A stretch of 64,000 nucleotides of DNA from Tubiluchus corallicola (taxonomy: Eukaryota; Animalia; Priapulida). Shown piece after piece: positions 24,323 to 35,883 of the stretch (the stretch's first letter is position 1; the number at the start of each line of letters is the position of its first letter). The notes beneath the pieces were generated by a model that did not search any database, had not been told where the DNA came from, and saw only the letters and a list, made by a program, of their open reading frames with translations. The stretch is taken from positions 434,001 through 498,000 of the forward strand of contig JAQGDQ010000072.1 in assembly GCA_030141605.1 (NCBI GenBank). The letters are read 5' to 3'. The position numbers were made by a program, and so were the translations under genes.

Positions 24323-24710
24323 CAGGGTCATCTTAACACATGAGAAGGTCGGCAGTTGGCTGAGGGCCGTATGATGTGGCTTGCTGTGAATATAAATAAA
24401 TAAATACTATACTAAACTAAACTATAAATATTTGTTATTGTGTTACAAGTAGATATGTTGCTGTTATATGTTGAAATTTTTGTGTTTTTCAAGGCTCATG
24501 TTATATTGTGAAACCGTTTGTGTTTCTTAAGTTTTGCTGTACTGCACGTTTTTTAATGTTCAAACACTGATTTTGTTGGAAGTACCAACACAATAAACAC
24601 ATGTTTGTGTTATCGTCCATTTACATTTTATTCCTATGAGTGATTGTGTAAGTAGGGGTTCTAGTGCACTGCTTTGCACAAGCGCCTACAAGGCTGTAGA
24701 GACAGCTCTG
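24323..24710. mobile_element. Non-autonomous hAT element
   Basis: Perfect 8-bp TSD tttaatat on both flanks; degenerate TIRs cagggtcatct / agacagctctg. Confidence 0.85.
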
Positions 24711-24784
24711 TTTAATATGGAACGTGTAATTCAAACATGTTGTTAAGGTAATTATCTTCAACACTGCAAATCACAACTACTTAC

Positions 24785-24878
24785 ATATTTACTTGTTACT
24801 TCCTCCAAATCCACTGTCATCATGATTTCTTTTAATTTGACTCGTATCATTGCTTCTACTTCATCCTTGTCACTCATC
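24785..24878 (-). CDS. SSH: Slingshot DEK-C exon (MIRVKLKEIMMTVDLEEVTSKY)
   Basis: LKEIMMxVDLxEVTSK motif; phase 2-0. Confidence 0.95.
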
Positions 24879-25606
24879 CTAAATATCCAATAGAGCAATT
24901 ATAGTTGAAGGCCAAAAGCCAAAAATCAGCAATTAAAACAGACACAATAAAGTGGAAGCAAGGTGAATGCTTAGAAACTAAGATTTTATAATGATTCTCT
25001 GAATAACTACCCTTTTTAAACAATTATTAGGTCAGCACTTTAATCAATTCAAAAGGTTTCTGCTATTCTGACACTCTCTCGTTTGAAAAGCAACCCACTG
25101 ATCCAATGCTTATCAAATATCATATACTCTAAACAACCTATCATTCCTATCAATTCAGTTAGGATATTTTGATGTATATCTTTTCTGTATTTTTTGCTGT
25201 ACAGCTAAAATAGTACAAGTAACATTTTCTATATTCGACCAATCGACATCATCTAAACTTGAAATGAATGGTGGCCTAGTTTTCTCTATGCATGGCTAAA
25301 CAGGACATGAATCAAGCTGTTTGAAGTAGCAAAGCCATTTGTTTGACAGATTTTTTTGCCGTTAAGTTAAATTTTACTATTTTGCTAAAGCACGTTATTT
25401 AAAGTATTAAAGTAGAACTGAGTTAAGAACTTCCTCTTTAGTCTGGTGTTTTACCCAATGCCAGATGACTTGAAAAGGTACTAGTCATATCACAACAGCG
25501 GAGGAGCTAAAAGCACTGTTGGATGCACTGTTATGAATTTTGCACTAGAAATTAACTGGTTGCCATCAGGCTATTTAGCACATACAGGTATGAAAACTCT
25601 ACTTAC

Positions 25607-25801
25607 TTTTCGCCTAGTTTGTCAGGACTGATGACACGCCTAGAGATAACCTCATCCATAGCGTACCATTCTTGTATGGCTGGACGATCGGAATCGATTC
25701 GGGCATCATAATATGTCGTCCACGTGTGGGTAAGCCCACTGGGAAAATAGTTGTGTAGTTGCGCAAGATCACAAGCACGGTTTAGAGCTTGTAAAGCCGA
25801 C
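25607..25801 (-). CDS. SSH: Slingshot SSH-N exon (SALQALNRACDLAQLHNYFPSGLTHTW..EWYAM..)
   Basis: WSALQ and HNYF motifs; phase 2-2. Confidence 0.96.
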
Positions 25802-26177
25802 CTGTAAACAACAAAAAATAAAAATTAATCACATAAAATATTCACATTATATATTAATTTTTCAAGACTGGACATTGTCTGTGTGACCATGACACTTAGA
25901 TGGTATCAAAAAGATAAGATTAACTGTTATTAGTGCCAGATGTTGATTCCTATTTTTTTATTTTATCTTCTATACTATTCTATTTTAATTTTTTTATGTT
26001 CTTACTTGTCTTCATTAGTTTCTAGAAGAAAACTTGTAAGATGTCAAAAAATACTGCTAGTGAGAGGGCAGCAATAAACATCAATGTTGCTACAGAGTTC
26101 AACATTAAATACTGTTAATGATAACATGCAATAATTGTTCACTGAACATAGCTAACTAGAAAAATAATTATTCTTAC

Positions 26178-26246
26178 CACATTGCTTGTACAGATACAGG
26201 CTTCAGCATGTGTGTCCGATCAGTGCTTACATGCAAGACAAACCCA
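26178..26246 (-). CDS. SSH: Slingshot SSH-N exon (GFVLHVSTDRTHMLKPVSVQAMW)
   Basis: KPVSVQAMW signature; phase 2-2. Confidence 0.96.
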
Positions 26247-26646
26247 CTGCAATGTTCGAATAAATAATAACACAAATATAAAATAGTATAAACAATAAAA
26301 ATATTCAAGAAGTTAGAAGAAGATCATGGGCAGAATGCACCATTTCATTCTGAATTAAGATTTACAATCCTACACACAGCGGGGCATAACATTTAATCAC
26401 TAGAATCTAATGATGCAATTGTTGAAAAAGTTAGCTTGAACAGTTCCATGTTGAACGGTTTCTACCACGTGTAACAGAACAGTGTTGCAATTTATAACCT
26501 GGGCCGATGCTAAAGATGTAGAAATCTATCTGGAAGTTTACCAAGGAAAAAAGTAAAATATTACAAATAAGAAATAATGGAATATGCCCAACATATTACC
26601 TTTTTTTAATCAAACTTGACCAAGAAAAGAAAACTTGAATAAGTTA

Positions 26647-26710
26647 AGACTGAGCTGAATTTGAACCAGTAATCTTTGGATTACAAATCAAATGGTACAA
26701 CCATATCTGA
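26647..26710 (-). mobile_element. Degenerate tRNA-derived (SINE head-like) sequence
   Basis: Minus strand GATTTGTAATC anticodon-like arm followed by B-box-like GGTTCAAATTC; no intact acceptor stem. Confidence 0.4.
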
Positions 26711-26986
26711 ACATTCTAAATTCTAACGTTCAGTTTTAGCATTTTTATATATTTATCAAATTCAGTTTGAAAAGTTAAAAATAGCTGGCTTATCCAATCA
26801 TTACTAAAAAACTTGAAATAATGTTAAAAATAAATATGCGAAAGAAAGATTCGTTACTATAAAAAAGTTGCATGTTGAAATTTAATTATATGGAAGTAAA
26901 AACTTTCAGTGGATGTTTGGGGAAGTGTTAATCCACCAACCTTTGATAAGATCTCTTAACCTGCTTTTACTTAACCAGATACCTAC

Positions 26987-27174
26987 CCATCTCCATCCAG
27001 AACAATTTTTGTATTTGCCAGCACAGGAACCACAATACCAATTGTGAAATTCCCACTGGTGACTGCATAATCTACTCCTAAAATGCAGCATTCTTCCGTG
27101 TCTTGCTTGCCGTTGCATGCAACTAGCACCAGGTAGCGTCTGCGTTCTGTAGCTTGACATTCAAGTTCAACAGC
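26987..27174 (-). CDS. SSH: Slingshot SSH-N exon (AVELE..RYLVLV..GKQDTEECCILGVD..TIG..LDGDG)
   Basis: QDTEE.xILGVD and LDGDG motifs; phase 0-2. Confidence 0.96.
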
Positions 27175-28604
27175 CTGAAATGCAAGACTTTCCAGTAAAT
27201 TTAAGAATAATCAATTAAATTTGAGAACGTTAAGAGTAGTACACAAATATAAAATTTAAAACTACTAAGCCCAGTATTACTCCTATAACTACAATTTGCA
27301 ATAAGAATTTTAATAAGGTATGCCAATTAGATTTTTATTACACATTGAAATTTGACTTGTAAATTAGCAAAACCTAAAGTTACAGATCTGAAAAAACAGG
27401 TCAGCCAACTTGCTCTTTTTTTAAATGTCAACGGTTATCTTTTACTGCTGCTAAACCTAATAATACCATGCATTTAAGAATTTGAGGTAATAATATATAA
27501 CCTAATTAGACATACTAATAAGAATGCCTTAATAAAAATACTCTACCGAAATTATGTACGTAATGGCTGATGTTTGATAGCAATAAAAGACGTAATATGT
27601 TTAACTTATCATAATTCACTGATCTCTTCAAGAGGGAATTGACCTTGGAATTAATCCAAAAGTGAGAATTTTACTGCAGCAATTGAAGTTTTTTTGTTCC
27701 GGGTATACAACAGTAAAACTTTGACTGAAGTCTACAGTGAAGGTAACAATGAACTACGAAAGCTTTCAGATATTGGGTTATTCAGTGTCCCCAGATTTTT
27801 ATAATTTTTTTGAAACAGAATAGGAGTTAACTGGATGTTGAAACATGACTAAAATAATTACTGTGTATACTGCAGCTGACTCATATGTTTGGCAGTCATT
27901 ACAGCCACCTTCAGAGTGCAGTAAAACACTTTTATTAAAAAATTTTAAGCTAACATAATTTCTTATAATTGTTTGTTTTTGTTATTGCTGCCGTTGTTTT
28001 TGTAATGACTGAGAAGAGAGTTGAAAGGCCTCAGTAAACTAGTTCTAAACAATGTTTTTAACTTTAATTTCATTAAAAATGGCTTCTTTTTCAGACATAA
28101 AAAGCAACTCTAGCTAAACAATATAAGCTCTAACTAAAACAACTACATAATCTAACTACATATGTGCTATGTGGATAAAATAGATCACTTAAAATGTTCA
28201 TATACACAACATATTAAAAACTGAAAAGCTTTTTTATGAAAGACCTCACAATTTTTATCTTTCGGGTCACTAGTTAATAATATATTATATGATTTTTCTA
28301 TTTACATTTCAGAAGAAAATGACAACGTTGGAGTATAAAATTGAACCCCTCTCTTAGGAGGAAGAGGGAAGAAATGGAAGAAGAGAGGGAGTGCATTACT
28401 GTATATATTAGCAGACTATTTATATCAGGCTAGTATCATATGTCCTTCTAAGATGACAAACTTCCCTAGCGAAGGGTTAAACATTTAAAGTCTTGTCTAT
28501 ATTTATGTATTTGCTATTAGCAGCACATATCCTAATTCCGAACAAAAGTTCCGAGCAGAAAATATAGCGAGAGTACAGACAATGTACTAGAGCAAAAATA
28601 CGCG

Positions 28605-29752
28605 TGTAATATGTAAATGATGATAAGACAGAATTTATGGTAATATCACCCAAATCAAATGACATTACTTCTTCTAATGCAACACTAAAAGTAGGTGACT
28701 GTTCCATAGAACAAGCAAAAACTGTAAAATTTTTAGGCATTACAGTCGACAATAAACTCACTTGGGATGAACAGTTTCATCAAATACACAACAAGATGGC
28801 ATTAAGCACGACATTCTTACGCCAAACCAGAGGCCATCTAACCAAGAAAACAAAAATTCTCATCTACAAAAGTCTAATATTACCACATTATCTATATGGT
28901 TGCACTTTACTTCAAAACGTTAAATATGAAAACTTTAGAAAACTAAATACAATGCAAAACTACGCACTTAGATTAATTCATGGCTACTCAAAGAAAACTG
29001 CTGAACAACATGCTGCTTCTGCAACAAGCTTAAGAACGTCAACAAAAATACCAATATTAGAAGCCTATCGAGATTACAAAACACTGATATTTCTTTATAA
29101 ATATATAAATAAACTGAGCATTCCATTTATAAACAATCCCTTAGCATTTATTCCTGATACCACTTTAAACACTAGAACATACAATTTAAAGCAAATTACA
29201 GTAAACAATAAATTTGGAAATAACTCTATATCAAAACAGGCCATACATTTATGGAACTTACTACCCAGTGAAATAAAACAAATAGAATCTCTCCACCACT
29301 TTAAAAAGAAATTAAAAGAATATCAATATAACAGGTTTCAACTTCCACATTGTGCATCTGATACTAATTACACAGACTCCACTTTCATCTACCCCCGCCC
29401 CTGACTCCATATAACGATTAAAAATGAAAATTTGTTAAAAAAAATTATGCAATGTAATACGTGTTATGTTAGTTTCGTGTTTCGTAATGTTAAATGTATA
29501 AATAGTGTACACTATGTCATGTAAAATTTAATGTACTTTCGTATAATTGTTTTGTAAAAATATTTTAATATGGTGTTTGTAAATATGTTCATTTATTGTA
29601 TATAGTTTTGCACTTTAGTTTTTTTTAGTATGCACTGGACGCATTTGTCTTGAACAGTGTGGTTGTTTTAACATTGCGCTGAGGCTAGCTCAATTTTATT
29701 GTAATGAGTGAGCCGTTTTTTTATGACAAATAAAGAATTAATATATATATAT
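28605..29752 (+). mobile_element. 5'-truncated L2/CR1-group LINE, antisense within an SSH intron, with uninterrupted 255-aa ORF2 tail, 3'UTR and (TA)n tail
   Basis: KTEFMVI, VKFLGITVDNKLTW, YKSLILPH.LYG and LWNLLP motifs; AATAAA near 29729 followed by a TA repeat. Confidence 0.9.
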
Positions 29753-29842
29753 AATAATGAAACAAAATCTTTTGACTGTTTGTTCAAGTTTTTACTTGAA
29801 AATATAAAATCCATAGAATGAGAATGAAAGAGTGGGGGTGTG

Positions 29843-29887
29843 AGTGAGTGAGAGAGAGAGAGAGAGAGAGAGAGTGAGAGAGAGAGA
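29843..29887. repeat. (GA)n microsatellite
   Basis: Directly visible. Confidence 0.9.
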
Positions 29888-31814
29888 CATGAGATACAGG
29901 ATGAAAATTTTGCTGTGCTAGAGAAATTTGTTTAGAAATTTCATCTAAAAATGTAGTTTTGAAATTTCTTTTACTGATGGTGTTCACAGTTTCACATTTC
30001 CCATAGCCTGTAGCTAGTCTGCAAAAACATCAAGTCCAGAACTTTCCGGGTTGAATCCAAGGATACAGAATCTAGTTTACGGACAACATGTGCTAGTGAA
30101 ACCCAATATTGCAATGACGTCACGCATAGCTAGTGCATTTTCTAGTTAGAGGCTCGCACAAAATAGGGACATCGTCATCACGTTTATCATGACCAGCAAT
30201 TACAACATCTAAAAGACAAATGGACACGTATTGTTTGTCGGAAAAACATTTCATTTCGCTTCGGTTATCTTGTTCAGAAAGTTCTGCATTAAGAAGTCAA
30301 ATGGTATAAGACAAATACATTGCATTATATAAATTAGTTTAAACAAAATGTATAAATTCTTAGCTACATTTTAATATTAATTCTACTAAGCACTGTTTTT
30401 ACTGTTTGCACTCATATCAACAAATGGCTCCGTAGGTCAATTTTCGTAAACGAATATTTGTTGTAACTTCATTGTATTAATTTTGTTGAAATTTGATAGA
30501 CCCAACATTCTGCAGTTTGATCATCTGACTTATTATAATAAATCTTATCCCCTCTGTACGCTGCTAGTCCCAATAAAATTGTTCATTTTTACAAAGTGCA
30601 AATAAAATAAACTAAGCCAAATGGGGAAAATGCCAAAAATAAAATGGGGAAAATGCCAAAAATTTGAGGATGAACCCCAAGCAAGTGTTTAGTACTGCAT
30701 CAGTTCTAGCTGGCAATTATGCAGTACGGATAATAACTTTGTACTTCATGTACTTTACTTCGGCTTAATTCCCATCTATAGTAAATGGTGTGTAGTTTTA
30801 CTAAGTTATTTTTGTGTCCACTTCACTTTGCGTAATAACCAATAAAATAAATTCGCGGCTACAACAAATCCGACTAAAAGATACGATTAAATCAGTTTCT
30901 TTTTCAACTTGACTTAAAATAGATTCAGCAAAAGTGAACAGTCTCAATTATTGATAGAAATTAGGTCAAATCAGATTGCAGGCACATCACAGCAGCAGCA
31001 GCTGTAGACATTAATGCTTCAAATGTGCTTATGCAGAGTTTGCACCAACAATTCCTGGAGTAAAGAGATGAGATTAACTCTGTTGTTTATAATTTTTCAA
31101 ATTTGCTGTAACTTTTAGATTACTAGAATGTATGGAAAGCAAAGATTTGGGGAAATATAGAAAGCAGCAATTAATAGACCTGGAGTATTACACTATGCTA
31201 ACTAGTATTTTGTATAATCAGCTTTAACAGATGTATACAAGACAAGAGTCAAGAAACGTAGAAAAAAATTCACGCAGAGTGATAACAAACTGGATGTACT
31301 GTAAAAGTATGAAGGATGATTTTTATATTCAGAAAATGTCGTACAAAGTGTCTTGTCATGTAATGATCTTTTTATTGTATTGGTAATGATAGCTTTAATT
31401 TGAGACTAAGGATTGCCAAAAAATATCCTTTATTGCTTTACAAATCAGCGATGGATTTGGTTAACTCGACTAACGAGATTTCTTGGGAATACACAGGTAC
31501 GTTATAACAGAATGTGATCAATTCTTCTTACTCATATCATATTTCACATTTCAAAAGACGTTACGCTTACATTATAAGCAGTTACATAACTTAGCATGCA
31601 CTCAGTTCTCAATAATAATGGAATTCATTGATGTACAAGTTAAGGCAGAGTTGACTTTTCATGATCTCCTCACGAAAACTGCTCATGCTATCTTGCATTA
31701 ATAAATGACAACAGATCTGCATTATCATTCTACTGTGATTGAAGACTAAGACAGCATTTAGACTAATGCAGCTATACATTAGAATCAGAGAACAACGGAA
31801 ACGAAGAAAATTAC

Positions 31815-31879
31815 CATTTTAAGAGTGTCCTCCGGTCGGAGCAAGTTGGCCATAGACTGCAGATGATGTTGCAGGTCTC
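31815..31879 (-). CDS. SSH: Slingshot SSH-N exon (GDLQHHLQSMANLLRPEDTLKM)
   Basis: GDLQxHLQxM..LLRPED motif; phase 1-0. Confidence 0.96.
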
Positions 31880-32835
31880 CTGAAAAACAAGCAAACATTC
31901 CAAAACTTTATCCATCTTTCTCAAATTTTTACAGTGTTTTTCAAAACAAGGTCGTTGCAAGACTCGCCATTATCATATCTGAATGTCAAACGAGAGAAGA
32001 GAAACTTTTTTTAAAAAAAGAACCCGTTTTACCTTTTTTACCCAATTTATTGAGGCACGCTGTTTATCACCTCCTCAACAATGAAAAAAATTGCTTCGAA
32101 TTACAATAAAACTTCTATAGTGTACAAATGATCAGGGATTCGTATAAAGTGACGCATAAATGGTTATAAACATTTTCAGCTATTTTACTTAATAAGAATA
32201 CTTGCAGACAGTGCATAGAATGTTTACATGTAAAAAATAGTTTGTCATCAAAGATTCAGATGCATTAGATGTATTCGACATGTTTGACTAAACTAAATTG
32301 AATATAGCTTTCTCTGTTTAAGCCAGAGCGCTGTGAATGTGCGTAGAGAAGTCATTGACTTGGAGACATAAAGAGTTCAACAGGCATAAACTGAATTTTA
32401 CATGCACTTGCAATCAGAATTTATTATCAAACTAACAGCCATTAATAGCCACCTGCAGTAAATAGAAGCTGAACAACTTTTCAAGCTGCAAGCAGATGTA
32501 ATAGACAATCTTTAATCAGCGCTGATAGCAGTAACAAAGATTGCATCATTCCCTTTACCTGCCACGGTTTTGAGCCTGAGCAGACCGCGGATCTGATTCA
32601 AAGGGAAAAAAACTGAAGCCTGCTGCTGTTTCTTATGTTCTGATATTGGCTACTAGACGTGGATAAGAGCCATGAGCTACGCATGTCATAATTAAAGCGC
32701 GCTTGAGAAATTACACTAGGCTCAGTTAAGTTAAGTAGTTTAGTACGGCTGTATCTGAAATGTTTTTGAGTTACATTAGTAATTCTAAAACAATTATGAC
32801 AATTGTAAAAGTGCTCGCAAATTGCTCAGTAACTG

Positions 32836-32863
32836 TAATAATAATAATAATAATAATAATAAC

Positions 32864-32902
<39 letters not shown>

Positions 32903-32909
32903 GATAATG

Positions 32910-32952
<43 letters not shown>

Positions 32953-32960
32953 TAATAATA
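32836..32960. repeat. Compound (ATA)n/(ATGATA)n microsatellite
   Basis: Directly visible. Confidence 0.95.
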
Positions 32961-33509
32961 CATAATAATATTAATAACTTCTAACTTATACTAAATATAG
33001 ATTTCATGAAATTTAGTCAGAAAAGTTTAAAATTTAATTATCATATTCAATTACAAGTATTAACCCAGAAAGTTGTCGCTAGGAGCCCACTTCTTGATCA
33101 CAGATTTGATTCTCGGGAATGAACAATAAATGTCTGGGAAACAGGGTGAACGCGTTCTGGATTTAATTTACAGAATAAATTATCAAAGTAGATAATTATG
33201 CCAGAAAATCGGCTAAATCAAAATACAATGGCTGAAGACGTAAGACATAAACGTGTCTGACTAATCATGTGGTGATTAACGCTATATGTCTAGAAATTTT
33301 GAAAGGTCACAAAGTTAATAACTACTACAGTCCTGAGGTCTAGCACCAGCAACATTGAGCAAACTGAAGCTAATCCGTTTCTCATGCAGTTTGACCAGCG
33401 CGCACTTTATCGACCACTGAATTAATTACTTACTGCAATCAATGATGTAATTACTGCTTAACAACTAGTTAAATTCGTGAAACTGTATTCTAACATGGAC
33501 TCTACTCAC

Positions 33510-33693
33510 CTTTACTATCATGTCGATGTTGTAATTTGTATCCAAAAAGATCATGAAGAAGTGAAGCAAAACGTTTAACAAAACGTTTATCAATTTTTTT
33601 CTTGTTGAATATGTCCTTTATTTTTACCTGCTTAACCGGATTAAGAGACCGCGGTTCTTTACCCTGAGTCCTCGGCGATTTAATATGAATCAT
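33510..33693 (-). CDS. SSH: Candidate alternative first coding exon of SSH (61-aa basic peptide)
   Basis: ATG-initiated open frame ending at consensus donor AAG|GTGAGT, phase 1 matching the 31879 acceptor. Confidence 0.6.
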
Positions 33694-35797
33694 ATTAACC
33701 TGTTTGTGATTTGTCTAGATTAATATTGTTATCTATAAAGATTAATAGCTATTAAAAATGGTAAGAAGTTCAATAATTTAAATTAATAATCATGTCTTGC
33801 GCCGATTCGAGAGCTGTGATGTACTTATTCAAAAAGCTCAACTTTCTGAATTGTCTTCATGGGTTTAAAAGCTGATATTTCTGTTTAAAATTCGTTCATG
33901 GCTTTACTTAACAAATATTTACACTACAGAAGCAAAAATAAGCTATCAAACTCTGAACACAGTGATCGGGGAAACGTTTGGGAATGTTTTTCCGTTTCTG
34001 TTGTTGACTAACAGAACAAAGAAATGCATCAAACAAAGGATGCCCTCTAATTACACTCATAAAGAAATAGTTTTAGAGCGCGGCGCCTCTGTTTCTCGAA
34101 AATAATTTTAGAAGGCTAGTTGCCAATTTCCGCTCACAGAGATTTAAAGAGTCAGATGGTAGTGGAAGACAAAGCGAGACAAAGTCAACTAGTTCAGTAA
34201 ATAAAGTGACGATGATTCTTACTATATTTACACTGTTTATCTTGGAATCAACTAGCAACGTGCGCTAATGATACCACACAAGATGAACGACTCCTGATCC
34301 CTATAACAGCCACAAGAAACTCTGAGAAGAATATGGATACTGTCGGTCAGCTTTCGTCTGACCTTATTTGTCATCTCGTTAACATGTAGATGATAACAAA
34401 ATCCTGAAATTCTGGTGAAAACATCATAATCACATGACAATCATGATCATGTAGCCGTGTCATTTCGCGAAGAGTTGGTTAGCTTCACAGCAAGAAAGAC
34501 TTGGCTTCACGTTCACAATCTGCTTTTCAGTTGACTTAGTTGATCGTAAAAACACTCAAAGACAACCAGAGCTTGAACAGACGCAGCAAACAATTATAAC
34601 TCAATGAAGCAGGTAAGAGTCACAAGATGACCACACGATGACATTTACAGAAAATTTCCGTCAATTTCGATTTGGCAAAAACAAAATATTGTTAAATCTC
34701 AAACTTTTAGCTACAAAGAAGCCAGATTATGAGAGTATGTTCAGACACAATTATAAGCAGCGCGTTCAAGTAAACAGAGCAGATGTCAGTTAAAGATGAA
34801 GCCAGACGAGAGACGAGCTTCCCCGCCTTACTCGTGACTGTCACGTGATCATGGCCACGACGGAAGCATAAAGAAACTTCGTAGGAAAGAAACTGTGCCA
34901 CTGACTTGACAAGCTTATTCCTAGGAAAATCAGACACAATGTGCACCTCGTGACGAAGGCTAAATGCACCACGGCTAAATTCGTTAGTCGTCGGTCAGCT
35001 GGTAAGAAATCAATATAGTCATATGAATCTTATGCAGAAGTGGTCGTTTGCCTGTTCAATGAATCATCGTAGATGTATTGTTCAGAGATTTTCAGAATGA
35101 ACTTTTCATCATCGCGTGGCGTCTTAAACAACTTATTTGCTACTACATTTGCGATCACAGTTTTTCTATGAAATCCTAAAGATTTTCTGAAATTTAAATA
35201 TGACCTTTCTCCAAAGATCTGTTAAGCGAAAACTGTGAACACGAATTTTACATGAAACAAGAGTTCCATTACTGCTGAGGAGCAAGGTCCAAGTCAGTAA
35301 GCCCACACAGGTAGCAGTATGAAGTTCCAAACTCAATGCCGAGGGAGCGACGAAATGACCATTATCCTGCTGCCATCTCTCGATGAAATAAATAAATGCT
35401 CAGATAAGCCGTATAACCTAACTATATGGAGTAGACCATCAATGGTTTCTTACCACAATGGTTTATATTTTTAATATGAAACAGATTAAAAGGTAAGATG
35501 TCTTGAAAACTTACCGTTTCTCTTAAATACAAAAGTTGGTTAACTTGCTGAAACTAATGAGTAATAAATATTAATTGTTACTTAAAACTTACATTATTTT
35601 ATTAATTTTAACTATAATAGATTACCTATAGGGCTTATAATAATATGAAGCTTATATACTGTAAGCACATACAGCACGTCTATTTACTTCACGTATAAAT
35701 ATTCTGCTTTTAGAATTACAGAACAAACTGTGTGCCCGGAATATTCTCGCCGGGTCTCGCGGAAAAGCATTAAATTAGAGGTGATGAAAATACCTAC

Positions 35798-35883
35798 CTC
35801 TGTTTGTGACAGCTCGTAGCAAGTAGTCATTTGGAGGAAGGATTATGGCTGCACCTTTTACAGCAAAATAACTTTCACTGAAA
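35798..35883 (-). CDS. SSH: Slingshot exon (FSESYFAVKGAAIILPPNDYLLRAVTNR)
   Basis: SESxFxVKGAA signature of SSH N-terminus; phase 2-1. Confidence 0.95.

Noticed and set aside
26647-26710. Functional tRNA gene
   Set aside because: Only the anticodon and T-arm-like parts are recognisable; no acceptor stem or D arm
32760-32984. Poly-Ile/Met ORF (likewise the ORFs at 42045-42309, 43362-43574, 53022-53330 and 29784-29987)
   Set aside because: Open frames generated by microsatellites
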